Shown here: in pieces, positions 34,504-46,803 of the stretch
How the letters are laid out: the number at the start of each line of letters is the position of its first letter
Numbering within the stretch: position 1 is the first letter of the stretch
NCBI GenBank assembly: GCA_046563655.1
Contig: CM102285.1
Span: forward strand, 3,224,001 to 3,288,000
Reading direction: 5' to 3'
Source of the DNA: Yuukianura sp. NJ FZ-2021
Taxonomy: Eukaryota
DNA: 64,000 nucleotides
Notes under the pieces: model-generated
Told to the model about the DNA's origin: nothing
Database searches by the model: none
What the model saw: only the letters and a program-made list of their open reading frames with translations
Translations under genes and position numbers: made by a program

Positions 34504-35193
34504 TGCTAAAATGTGATTCTCCGTCGAAAGCTATTCATGACTCCTCAGTCGTCTACTGTCCCTCAGAAGAAGTCGGAACTGCTCTTTCCATTGTGATAAT
34601 TGGTTAGTCTGTTCCCTAAACTTAGGATTTAAGCCAATGGCATGGCAACTTAACATTTATGAAGGGATTGACTAATCCTCAAAATATTTTTGGAATACTT
34701 AGAATTCTCGGAATTTCGTCCCTGTGACTTCCCGATCCCAATACTAGGAAATGTATTTTAAGAATTTCTAGCCTTTGGAATTTTCAAAAAGTTCAAAGGT
34801 CAGCGTTTAGAATTCCTCGAAATCTGGGAGTTCTTTCCTGTAACTTCCAACGACTGGGAATTGCAAGGAAATTCACCTATTTATACTTACACTTCGTCAC
34901 ATTTCCAACCCTGTTTCCTGTTTATAGAGTACATTAATTCATTAGGGAAGTCCAGTTAATTATGGCTGTAATACACCATGCATTCACCAGTAGAAGCATG
35001 TGACGTATGTACCGTTTTGTGTACACCGCTTGCGCGTCTTATGTTCGGCATGGAAACATTTCATCGCACTATGGGTTATGGTGATGCTTCCGGTTGACAA
35101 CGGTTGAAAATGACAAAAAGTAAACCTTGTATTTAATTAATCATAGTGTATAATGAAATAGGGTAAACAATTAGTGTAAGAAATGTGTGCGTA

Positions 35194-35877
35194 CTAAGCC
35201 AAATTATGTGTACCTCTGCATACTGATGAGTAGTCTGTCTCCTCCGCGTCGGACAAGTGAACTTGTTCCCAATACAGTATAGTCTCTGGGAGTCCACTAT
35301 AATCTTTTTGTTCTTTGTCTTCAAATTCATCCGTCATGTTGTCACTCAGGGCTGACAACATATCTTTGACGTCTTCTGGAAGAGGTGCGTGTTTTTGACG
35401 TACTGAACGACGATTTAACAAATTGGGAGTAAATAGTGATTCTTACGCTAACTGTTCATAAGACAAAATAGTTTGGCACAACTCAATTTGGTTAAAAAGA
35501 ATATTTTTTTTTTACCTCTTCATCACTAGAAGTAGATTGCCTTTTGTTTGTGAAAGACAGTCATCCATGACAATGATGAAGTACCGTAGTTCATATGTTA
35601 TATACCCCATGTCATAATCTCGGGTGTAGTATGCAGCCCTTTGAAATTGAGGAAGTTGACTTCGGAATTCCTCTAATGCTCCATCTGCGTTAATTGGTAC
35701 TGTGAAGTCTACAGAAGTTAACTGTTTCCAACAAGTTGCTGCAGTCTCGAGGAGTGTAGTAATCCGATGTTTGACAACAAAGTCTACGCGGGTTCCATTG
35801 CTGTGGACATCCACGCTGCTGTTCAACTGTTTCACAGAACCACTTGGCTCCAAATTCATCACTTGTTGTTCATCCAT
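35194..35877 (-). pseudogene. Orphan gene or pseudogene (2 exon-like ORFs); 3' part duplicated at ~38023-38590
   Basis: 121-aa ORF ending at an AG/GTAAA donor plus downstream ORF HAPLPEDVKDMLS...; splice phase not resolved. Confidence 0.3.
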
Positions 35878-35982
35878 AAAACCCGTATACTAACGAAACA
35901 ACTTTTTTCGAAGAACACACTTCTCAATTCTGGCCTAACAAACCTTAACATCATACGCTCTGAGTTATAAATTAGTGTAAAG

Positions 35983-36270
35983 CTAAATCTGATTCTCAAA
36001 GTGCTTTCCTTCTGCTACCAACCAGTAACCCAAACGATCTTGGAAAACTTGTTGACATTTTCTCAATACATCAGGTGTGATCTGTCGAAAGGCGTCTTTG
36101 ATCTTCTGGCGAAGTTCTGCAATCGTTTGGCATCTCTCGACAAAACGTGATGTTTCACGATGCCCGAGCAGGCCGCGGGAATAGACCATCTCTGCCAATT
36201 CATTTCCCAGTGAAACTGTTATCCAAGTACTCACGAGCTCTCTTCAGCCAGTGCGCAGGTGCCCCATATT
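35983..36270 (-). mobile_element. Tc1/mariner-superfamily transposase C-terminal remnant
   Basis: Degenerate GAPAHW..REYLDNSFTGK*IGR..RPARAS then TIAELRQKIKDAFRQITPDVLRKCQQVFQDRL...GKHFENQI, across stops and frameshifts. Confidence 0.7.
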
Positions 36271-36480
36271 CGTTGTCTGTGTGAACGGTGCTTGAAGTTG
36301 AAATTAAGGCAGTATTATTCCCGCTTTGACCCTCTTAAATTTGATTGGAAAATTATGTTGACAAAATACTTAACATATACTCTAGTTAAAATAAAAAAAA
36401 CTAAAAATTCCCTAAACAACGATATCGTACATAAATAGTAGAAAACAGAAAATCAATTTCGGAACTAGATTTATTTAGAA

Positions 36481-36624
36481 TACATAGAGGCGCGTTTACT
36501 TTGGGAACAGAAACCATTTAAGTGACCGATGAGGCCACTCTTCTTTATAAAACTGCATGGAGAACGAACAAGAAGAGGTGTAGTGTGAGGGTTTCTGTTC
36601 CCAAAACAAATGCGCTTCTATGTA
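36481..36624. mobile_element. Small MITE with ~35-bp imperfect TIRs
   Basis: TACATAGAGGCGCGTTTACTTTGGGAACAGAAACC / GGTTTCTGTTCCCAAAACAAATGCGCTTCTATGTA. Confidence 0.6.
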
Positions 36625-36766
36625 GAAGGTTGCATACCAGAGTAAGCAACAGATGGAGCGAACGTATTAATCTGTGAATGAAAGGAGTAGTGAAGATTGA
36701 AGTGGTAGCATTTTCTTTGTTATTGTATTTACTTTTAATTATAGGTACATCAAAAATTCCTCTTGG

Positions 36767-37662
36767 TTACATTTTTTCCCTTGCAAAGACAACAACAGTT
36801 GAACTTGGCGTCGTAGCTGGTAAATTGTTTAGATTCGCTTGATTATTTACAATTGATGACTCGACGTTTCCAGCCCCAACTCCAGCAAAAATGACAGCAG
36901 CTAGTGTTCTCGCCACCATCTTTCCAACTCGTCGTTTTACTCTCCTTTTTTCTAAAGAAGCATATTCATATTTTATAATTCGGTATCATGGGACGAAAGC
37001 AAACCAAATGTCGTACCATTACCTTGTTTCTGAGTGCCTGTTTCCACGAATCCAATTTTGTCATCGGATCCCCGAGTTTGGGTGGTTGATGTTGACGTGT
37101 TGTGCGGAGGTGAAGTGGAAGTATCCGTCAAATTCCGTGCCGAAACGACAAAGTCAGTCGTAATGGGGACGGATGGCGTTTCGGTTGTGGCTGCTTTCAG
37201 TGTTCCAAATTCCTCTTGAGACAATAGAATTCGTTGTGGCGCAGTAGTTTCACTTTTCCCTCGTTTAGCTCTTGCGGCTTCTTCTACCCCAATCCAAGCA
37301 GCAGATGCCACAGCTCCCGTGGCGGCTGCAGTTCCAATTGCTGCTATCACTCCTAACACACTCCGTTTGTTACGTTCTTTTTCTTCAACAAATGCACTTT
37401 GGTTTAATGGCATAGTGCTTAAGTTGTGGTGTTCCATCTTCAAAACTAAACCTAGCAACAAATCCAATTCATTACAATAAAATATGTATTTCGTAAGAAA
37501 AATATAAACATAATGTTATAAAAAAAAGAGCGACTTACTCGCGTTGGACGTTGTGACATTGTTCTCTACTTCTTGGTTCCATTGTGTCTCCTGTGAATTA
37601 ACCTGATGGGTCAGCACTTTCCCTGCGACGACCGCTATAATAATTATGATTCCTGAATACAT
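36767..37662 (-). CDS. Secreted prepropeptide with furin-type sites followed by Gly/Ala-rich hydrophobic peptides; exons 37662-37539, 37451-37023, 36951-36767
   Basis: Signal-like MYSGIIIIIAVVAGKVLT; two phase-1 GT-AG introns keep frame; RNKR-SVLGVIAAIGTAAATGAVASAAWIGVEEAA-RAKR and RVKR-RVGKMVARTLAAVIFAGVGAG. Confidence 0.65.
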
Positions 37663-38022
37663 TTCTTAAGATTTTGCTCGTGAACGTCTTTGGATGAGAA
37701 TGTAAATGTGTTCCAAACTGTAGTCTTATATATATGCTTCTTTGCATTTCCATTTCTTTAGAAAATTTGGACATTGCCATTCATGTTTTCACTTTCTCTT
37801 CTCCACTCCAAAATAATGTATGTTCAAATCTGAGTAACGCAATGATTACGGAAGTTGGCTGTTCCGCAATCACGGTTTTGTTTGCCACCTTCCATTCACT
37901 TGCTGATGTTTCGCATCGAACATACATGTAAACCTCGAGTTTTCCAGATGGGTCTCCCGAAGGTTTCTTTTTTTTTATATTTTTTAATTTTAATTAATTT
38001 AGTATTTATAGTTACACTTCAC

Positions 38023-38590
38023 TACATTTCCAACCCTATGTTTCCTGTTTATAGCGTACCAGACTGTGACTGATACGTTAATTTTGTACGGAAGCCTGGT
38101 TTATAATGACGGTAATACACCATGCGTTCACGCCATTCACACCACCATGAAGCATGTGACGTCTACCGTTTCGTATACAACGCTTGCCCGACCATGTTCG
38201 GCATAGAAACATTTCATCGCACCATGGGTTATGGTGATGCTTCCGTTTGACAACGGTTGAAAATGACAAAAAGTAAAGCTTTTATTTAATTAATCATAGT
38301 GTGTGATGAAATAGTTAGGCCAAAAAATTAATTTAGGAAATGTATGCGTATTAAGCGAAATTAAGTGTAACTCTGCATACTAATGAGTAGTCTGTCTCCG
38401 CGTCGGACAAGTGAACTTCTTCCCATTATAACATAGTCTCTGGGAGTCCACTACAATCGTCTTGTTCTTTGTCGTCAACTTCATCCGTCATGTTTTCACT
38501 CGGGGTTGACAACATATTTTTGACGTGTTCTGGAAGCGGTGCATGTTTTTGACGACGAATTCTTTAATCCATACTGAACGACGATATCGA
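38023..38590 (+). repeat. Diverged direct duplicate of ~34899-35420
   Basis: Shared blocks ACATTTCCAACCCT..GTTTCCTGTTTATAG, GAAACATTTCATCGCAC.ATGGGTTATGGTGATGCTTCCG, CCGCGTCGGACAAGTGAACTT. Confidence 0.85.
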
Positions 38591-38639
38591 GGACTCTTTC
38601 CAAGGTGTAGGTTATGTTTGCGATCCTGGCGTGATCCTA

Positions 38640-39669
38640 CAGGAACTTTTTGTGAAGTGAAAGTTTTTGTTGTTCCAACGATTTCGGACATAACATTCAC
38701 AAGATTAAAATTAAATAATGTGTTCCCTACATCGGATGGAAACAACTGGTCGGTTATACCTAGAGTGAGGTTAAGTTGACTTTCAATCAAATTTGACCTG
38801 CGCTATGTTTTGAAGTAAAGTGGCGCGACCACCTAGATACTAAAGAGAAAGAAGAAACTAGTTTATTTTAAATTCACAAATCCATATGAAACAACAGTGT
38901 AACATTTCACTTACTACGATCTTTCTAGAGTTTGCTGCTGTGTTGTCGAGTGCCAGTGATGATTGGTAAGAACCGACAGGGTCAGCGCTAATTGCTCGCC
39001 GTAGTGCTTTGGCTAGGACGTCAAGGCATGGTATCTCTTCGTACAGGTTATGCGTTTCTTGGTCGATTGGGCCGACATCAACCGTACCCGTTAATAACGT
39101 TGTCAGGTATGAGTGGAAAAGTCGGAGAAATGTGTTCTCCAGTTTTGGTTTCGATTTTCCCTAAAGCTTTGAGGTATAGGTAGATCGGTTCAGGTATGTT
39201 AAATGCAGTATCTTTTAAAACCGTATCGATTTGCTTTTCTTGATGGCACGAAGGCATGGCAAAGCCGTGGTGTAATAGTGGAAACCTTCGCGTAGCATTT
39301 GTTTTTGTACGTTGGGTTCCTCCACATAGATACATGCAATCGTCTCTGACCATTCAATGAAGGAGGAAAGGTTTGGCTAATAAGTTGTACCATCATGCCG
39401 TTCCCTCATCATGCCGTGCCGCAGACAAAGATCGCGTCTTTCCACAACGGTTCATCCTTCGTAGGTTGAAGGGTTGGTGTCGGATTGACGTGACCTGGCG
39501 GAGGTAGGGTAGGAGAAGTTTTGAATATTTGTGTGGGGCCTTGGCTTCCCCTTGTGTTGGAGTGTTGGTTTTTACTTTGTCCAGGAAGTGACCTTTCTTG
39601 TTCGGACGGAGTATCTGCGATCGCGGCAGCGCGAGCTTTTGCTCGGGTATCGACGTAGTTGGGATCCAA
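38640..39669 (-). pseudogene. Degraded endogenous viral element, probable partiti-like dsRNA virus capsid protein
   Basis: Peptides across frameshifts: DEPLWKDAIFVCG, QTFPPSLNG, EEPNVQKQMLREGFHYYTTAL..LRAI, FNIPEPIYLYLKALGKIETKTG, THNLYEEIPCL, LGITDQLFPSDVGNTLFNFNL; family recognised from memory of arthropod partiti-like capsids. Confidence 0.6.
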
Positions 39670-41980
39670 ATGTTTGCTGTGATAACCCGGTTTGGGGTTG
39701 ATTTTCTTCGGTATTTAATTAATGTAATTAAACGTTACCGTATCTCTCCCTCGCGAAATCTACCAAAAATAAAGATACTGTACCGTATGATTTTCGCTTG
39801 ATTTTGGCGGTAGCCGTCCAATCCTGGAGTCAAAGGTCAAGTGACGATGAGTGGTCGTTGGCTGTAGTGAAGGCTCCTGAGTTCGTGTCGAAGCGACGTC
39901 CGCCACTTGAAGGGCTAATGGAAAGTCCAAGGAACAAGAAGACGAAACGACTGGTGAGATGACGATGTGACGCTGGAGAAAGAAGTTGATACTCCGTTTA
40001 TTTAAAGTTTAATTCTATTCTAAGTATAAATTTAAGTTAACTTGAGGAATTGAAATTTGAAATTTAAGAGCTAAGGGGAAGAGATGTTGATGTTGTGGGA
40101 GAGGGAGACCGACTGATATGTAGAGCCTAACCGAACTACCGAACCAAAAATTGCAAAAAATTGCATAAAGTAACTAAATTCTCAATGGATGTCCACTGAG
40201 AAATTGAGGCACTTATTAAACTCTCGGAAGATTTTGAAGATCAAATTGTATTTCAACAAATTTAGATCAGTCATCATTCCCTCATTTCCACAAAGCTCAA
40301 AATCCCTATTCTTTGTATGTCATCAAAATTCAAATTCATTCTCCAAAAATATAATAGTATAAAAAATTTAAAATTGCATGCAGAGGATAGGATTCGAACC
40401 CCGGGCAAAACCATTCTTAGCGAAAGCAAAACTCTGCCTCATACATATTTTTACCTAATTGAAAAAAAATTTGGTACACGAATTTCGGTCGAAGTTGGTC
40501 CACTTTTAAAAAAATTCATGAAATAACTAATTTCTCAAACGAGATCATCTACACCACTGAAATACTTATTGAACTCAATTGAGAATATTTTTTAACATCT
40601 AACCCAATTACACCAAAAAAATTAACAAATTAAATTGGCAGCAAATATTTTCTGTCAGCTCCAAGACCACGTCCATCCACATACTGTTTAAGTTTTTCTA
40701 AACCTGGACTGTTCACCTAAATTTCATAAAAAAAAGTGAATAGCACATAATAATACTTAAAAGCGTTTTTTTGTCTTTTGTTTTAAAAATTACTGGTTCA
40801 AGAACTCCATCGTCGCTCTTCCCAAGGCGCTGCCCTTGAACCCACCCTTTACGCATCATCGCAACGACTTTGCTACTGAACTCACATGGTCTGCAAATAA
40901 ATTATATGAATTAACTTACATATATTTTTCTGGAAAAACAATCAAATCATTCTTGCTTTGCTAATGCTCTCCGGAATTCTCCGGTTTACCTATCGACGTA
41001 AACTCTTGGCTTAATATGTTGTTCGAAATAATATCGTGAGAAGCCATCGTCGTCCGCGTCCTCGTTTGAACTAGAATCTTGACCTATAAGTCTTCATCCT
41101 CACAATCACCTTCCTTACAAAACACAATAGCGTCGTATTTCAAAAATCTTCGTATTAAACTTGAATCCAGAAATGTTTTCTTGAATTGTACACTGTCAAA
41201 ATTGTGACAATGTTCAAGTTTAGAAATACACAAATCCAGAAACGTATCGTCGCTATTCGAGTTCTCCATTTTTTTCCGGACTGAACTGAATTTTCGCTCT
41301 TACAAAGAACTTCTGTTACTATTACTGCTATAAACAAATGCTAAAATCCTCTCTTGACTTATCTTGTCTGCAGAGATTTCAATTTCAAGTTTCACAACAT
41401 TATTGTACAGGGGGGGGGGGATGAGGGGTGGGTGATGCATTTGATTCCTACTGACCTAGAGTGGGAAAGTGTTAGGAAATCGATTTATTGTGGACAATAG
41501 TTTACTATTTAGTGGGAAATTTACAAAGTGTAACGTTAAACTGGAAAACGAAAGTTAGGAAGTGAATCTGCTTCTTCTGGTTCTGGTACTGTGTTTTTGG
41601 ACGAAAAGAAAAATCCTTAAGTAGGAAAACTATAACAACGCTTTTCTTAGCCTCTAAAAAAGGACAAATCTTAATAATCCAAAAAGTCCTAAAAATTACT
41701 CTACAAAGTTTCGCATAAGTCCAAGGGGTCAAACTGAGTCAGAGAGCTAGTTCAAAGTTACTGGTGACTCAGATTGGATAATCTCAACAGGGGGCTTCCG
41801 TCGTTTGGCGACACTCACGACACAAATGGTTCTGCATTAACTGCCATCGGGGGAGCGATTGAATCTAAACCCTTCTGAGAATCTGAGATTACGAGAACAT
41901 TTTATTTAGCCTCCAACTGGTCAATTTCCATTTCGTCTGCTTCGTCCTCTTCTAAAATGTCCACAATTTCAACTTGTCGG

Positions 41981-43299
41981 TTACTGCCAGTCTCCTTTGT
42001 ATTCAAACTTCAACAGGTCACAGTGGAAGTCTTGACTGCTTCGAAGCAACTTCGGATCCGTGATTGGTACTTCCCAATCGACATCAGCGGCTGACCATGG
42101 ACGAACTGACGGATGACTCGGAGCTGAATCGTCAACTCCCTTTCCACCAACGGAACTGAAAAGATCAAGTAATTGGTTTATGTGATTAAACCAAATGTCT
42201 CTGTGTCCTGTAACACTGCTAACTTCATATTCAGTACTTGGTTTAAACTTAACAAACTGAACACAAATATTGTCTGCTAAGACATCTTGTGGTTGAATGT
42301 CACGTTCTCGTGCCACTTGTGCTCTCTACTGAAAAACTTGAAGTAGCAATGACGAATCAACCGCAGCCAGTTCCAATCGGTTACTCAACTCACTCGGAGT
42401 TGCCTTCTGACGAATAATATACATTTTAAGACACAACTGATTTTACAAACGCCGCAGACTGTCCCACTGGGTATAATGGGTATCCAACCCATGTACTTGC
42501 CTCATGGCAATCCAAACTTTCAACTATAAATGAGAGTCACTGCTAGCTAATTCTATCATATCACTAACCATGTCACTAATTGGACGAATAGACCAGTCTG
42601 CTAGTTGACACTCCTTGTTAACACCTACATTAGGGCCCAAATAATCCGAAGCCAATGTCTCGAAGCCAACTTGTTGGCTTCCTGTAAAAACACTATGTAC
42701 AATTTGAAGATCGAGATGAAGCCAACCATGAAAATTTGTAAGTGGAGCTGAAGGGCCAGCAAATCATTAATTCCCCCATGGAATAACTTGAGATAACTTG
42801 AATCATGGAAGAACTCACTTAACAATTGACACTGAAGTGCCCAAGCAAACTGATCCACTAAATAGTCCGTTCCACGCACGGACAGCTGAATAAGACAGAT
42901 ATATCTGTCTAGATAACCATGATCCATGCTCATCTCCAAGCACACTGCAATTACCTTATGTTTCCTGAGTTCCTTAATCATTCCACGGAATTCACGATCC
43001 GTGTCCACTATTACAAGTGGAGTATTGTTTCTCACATCACTAAACACTTCAACACTCTTAGATGTTGGAGAAAAATACTTGTCCACCTGCCAAGTATCCA
43101 CTTCCGACTTGAACGGATGAACTGCATAAGGAAACAATCGCCACGTGTTTCTCATCTTCGCCTCCTTTAAAAATAATGAATGTCCATCCTGTGGCCTTTC
43201 TTTAGCCTTACCATGCGTCCGTAAGCAATACCGTCTTCTTTGCCAAAAATCCAAGGACATCCGCTTCGAATTATACAATTCCACTTGACGTCCAGACAT
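41981..43299 (-). pseudogene. RRP6/EXOSC10-like 3'-5' exonuclease + HRDC pseudogene, intronless
   Basis: VIVDT...IAVCLE...YICLIQLS...DYLVD...KLFHGG.NDL; frameshift ~42715 to QLADWSIRPI; in-frame stops; HRDC-like *RAQVARERDIQPQDVL. Confidence 0.75.
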
Positions 43300-44343
43300 G
43301 ACGAACTGAGAATGGAGTCAATTAGTATAACTCCCTAATAACACAATAGTTAAGTTTTGGCACTTTGAATTGGAATGGAGTGTTTCTTTTTGCTCGTGTA
43401 GCCGGCGAGTGTTCTGTAATTGACACGCTGCTGCTTCACTCGAGTTGATCTTCTCACCGGCATAGTGTCTTCTCAGGAGCCCGACGAAGCCTCTGACTTT
43501 ATTAAATTTCTCGTGGAATTTCTTTTGGACATGAGCGACTCTGTGGCAGTGTTTTCCAGCGTAATCAAGAACCGATTCGACGACGAACCCTGTCTCCTGG
43601 AGTTAGTCGCTTTGGCATCGTAGATTAAACTTTGCTAAAAAATGACGTTAGTGAATAGTTCAAATTGGTTAATTTTAAACACTGATTGCTTAGCTTTTAA
43701 ACTCATCCACAATTGACTTACCTTAGTTATTACTTCCGTTTCACCTTCTCCACTCAATCGGTTTTAATTAGGAAACCAATAACAGTAGGTTTTGCACTCA
43801 CCTCCAAATTCCAAAAATTTTGTGTAGTTTACCACTGAACGACCAGTAAAACTTTTAGTGAATCCTAATCGCTTTCGTGATTAATGCTAACATATCTCTT
43901 CCTGGAATAGCAATTGCTGTTATACACTTGCGAATTATAGTGTGTTGATTAGCTTACCGGCAATTCCGTTGCGCATCCTGGCTCCGGAATTCGTTCCCTT
44001 GGTTTAAAGGCTTCATACCAAGCCTTTGCCATTCTCTCACTTTCCGACGCTTACCACGAGACTATGATTGAGGTACATTTTCCCTGACATGACCACTTCC
44101 ACAACTCCAACAGTCCGTTGGCGCCTGCACCTTTGTTCAATATTTGGTAAAATTTTCGTTCAAGAAACAAGGGCCCGACGTGTCTGAAGTCTTTGAATTC
44201 AAAATTCATACTTATCGAGTTGAACGCTGATGAGAAGAATTAATCAGCTTGAAGCCTACCGAAACTGACATTAATCCGCTGTAATTATTTAGTTAATCCT
44301 CGTAACACCTTTTCATTTACAAAAGAGGCGTCAAACGAACAGT

Positions 44344-44510
44344 ATGGACATTGACACGGACATGGACATTGACACGGACATGGACATTGACACGGACATG
44401 GACATTGACACGGACATGGACATTGTCACGGATATGGACATTGACACGGACATGGACATTGACGCGGACATCGACACGGACATGGACATTGAGATGGATA
44501 TGGATATGCA
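44344..44510. repeat. 18-bp minisatellite (ATGGACATTGACACGGAC)n, ~8-9 copies
   Basis: Direct tandem repeats; periodic ORFs in several frames. Confidence 0.95.
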
Positions 44511-45404
44511 CATACCTATTTTTGGACAGAAGAGGTTGGACAGGTAGACGGGGAGACGTAGACATGGGTAACAAACAGCGCGGTGCTTCCCGCAATTTAA
44601 AAAATTGCTATATCCTTCATTAAAACACTTCTAGCGTTTTCATAATTGTGAATACTTTTTACCAAATTTCAAACTCTCGTCAATTTTTACAACACTTATA
44701 AGGGACTGGGAAGACCTAATAAGTACAAGTCTGGCCCAAATTTGTCAAGTACCCTCCAAGAATGTTGTATGGTACATTAGATCCCGGACAGTGAACGTTT
44801 GACATATTATTTGCTTTATTTATAATTAAACTCAAAAACTTACATTAATTGTCAAAATGACTAATTGAAGTTACTGAACCTGAGAAGTGACAGGTTGAAA
44901 TCTATCTGTTACTTGTTGCTTCTGCAAAGGCCATGCGAAGACTCTTCCGTCTATATCTCTATATCCGTGTTTTACAGTTTTCTTAATTCTGGCGACTGAC
45001 ATAGAACTTATCTTATAGCATTGCACATAGTGTTTAGAACCGTGAAAAGCCATACTCTGCTTTTTGATTCAACAATATTTGATTCAATCCTGACCTATTC
45101 AGGCTTCCGCATTATTACTATATATTACTGTAACGGAATTTGAAACTTCAGGCACCGTTTTGCGTAGCTGTTCAGCGACATCTATCCCAAAGTGATGAAA
45201 CTCATCTTGATTTGTTTGGTTTTTTCAATTCTGCTTCAACACGATTACTTGGACGTGTACCACTCCATGTTCGGTTTCTTGGGTTTGGTCGAACTTCTAG
45301 AACTGCCAAAACCTACACCAAAGAAGTATTAGTTGAGGATGGCCCCATTCTCTTTCACGAACTATAATTAAATGTAAGTTAGAGGAGAATGTGGGCCATT
45401 CATA

Positions 45405-45870
45405 TGGTATTATTGATTTTGTTTGGATCGATTAAATCAGTATTGTTCTGAATTGGAGTGTTTTGTCGCCCCTTTTCGTTTCGATTAGAGAGTGGTGTGG
45501 CGTCCCCTTCTTCAGATGGGAGGGGACTAGGGTGGGTTTGGGTAGGTGGCGGGAAGGGGTGAAAGGTTTGAAAAAAAATTGAATTTTTGTTCAGGGAGTT
45601 TGTGAAAACGTTTTAATTCATTCTGGTTTTCTTTTTAATCGTGGACGAAGATGGCGCTGCCGTTTCTTTTAGTTTTGTGTTAATGCTACGACGCCACCAG
45701 ACAGGAGGAAATACGTCTCAGTCATTGGGGGTTGGTCAAATGCAAAAAGAAGAAACTTTGGCGACAGTTTGTGCAAACCTCAATGTTCGAAAGTAATTGA
45801 ATAGAAGAAAATTGTTACCTTCAAGAGAATAGTTTTTTTGCTGTTTCTTTTTTACTACAACTGTTGGAGT
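45405..45870 (+). repeat. Deleted, diverged copy of the 47330-48360 segment, including a relic third orphan paralog
   Basis: 45405-45560 resembles 47330-47500; 45705-45865 resembles 48234-48360 (ACGTCTCAG, CAATGTTCGAAA.TAATTGAATA.A.GAAAATTGT, TTTACTACAACTG). Confidence 0.7.
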
Positions 45871-46239
45871 TTGTTTCGAATTATATTTTTCTGTGTTTAT
45901 TTGTCAGAGGTAAACGGAGAAGTTTTTTGTTACAATTCTCATCAATTGTTACAGTTGTTTGGAGACCTATGTAATATAGTTAAACTACTCTATGAAATAG
46001 TTTATTAGAATGGAAACAAGAAAAACATGAAAAAATGACTTTTAGTATAAGACTTTGTTTGTTATTTTTTTTATAAGCTATGGTTGCATATACCGTCTCA
46101 AGGTATTGCGGTTTAGTTCCTCCTTTAGTTCATCTACAACACAATTCACATAGGTTACAGAAATATGTGTCTGTCAGTTTAGGCCCGTGTCACGCCTCGT
46201 GTCAAACCTATTTTTAGAGTTTTCTTACATTGAGTTAAC

Positions 46240-46618
46240 TCACGCCAAAAAAAAAACGTCGTTGAAAAATTCATCCAAAGTGATTTTATGTTTGACTTCC
46301 TCAAACGCAACGGGAACTACCTCCACGTTTTCATTCACTGGTTGAAGCGGATACTGCCTCCACATGGTAAATTTGCCCAATTTTTTAGCTACATCCTCGA
46401 GGTTCAAGGTGATTCCAGTCCTCTGGCGGTATGACTTTGACTGCGCCAGCGTAACCACATCCAATATATGCCAGGAAGTGGATGAAACGCGGGAATGGAT
46501 CCATCATCTCTAGTGTAGGACGGACTGTTTGTATCGTAAGAGAAAATATTGGCATCCTGGGTCTACGGTACCGGCCTTGCCACCTTAGGCTTGGATTCAG
46601 AGGTTTCCTTTTATACAT
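46240..46618 (-). pseudogene. JmjN domain fragment (KDM4-like histone demethylase N-terminus), frameshifted
   Basis: IQTVRPTLEMMDPFPRFIHFLAYIGCGYAGAVKVIPPEDW fits JmjN (F.PT.EEF..F..YI...G...G..KIIPP..W); followed by KHKITLDEF; no JmjC seen. Confidence 0.65.
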
Positions 46619-46803
46619 TTTAACGAATTCCTTCCATTCTACGTGGGTAAATTCTGAAACGACCGGAGCCCGATACCTATGGAACCAAAATAAATGGAAA
46701 ATTTGTTAGGGCTTGTCGAAAATTGAATCAATTGCACGTTTAAGTGTCCTGTGAGGATGTAATTGTAATAATGTTTTTTAACATCGGACGCACTCCAGAC
46801 TTT

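Noticed and set aside
40375-40410. tRNA B-box-like GGTTCGAATCC on the minus strand
   Set aside because: No cloverleaf or A-box could be built; at most a SINE-like fragment
44317-44623. Repetitive ORFs (MDIDTD)n, (VHVRVN)n, (TRTWTL)n
   Set aside because: By-products of an 18-bp minisatellite open in several frames
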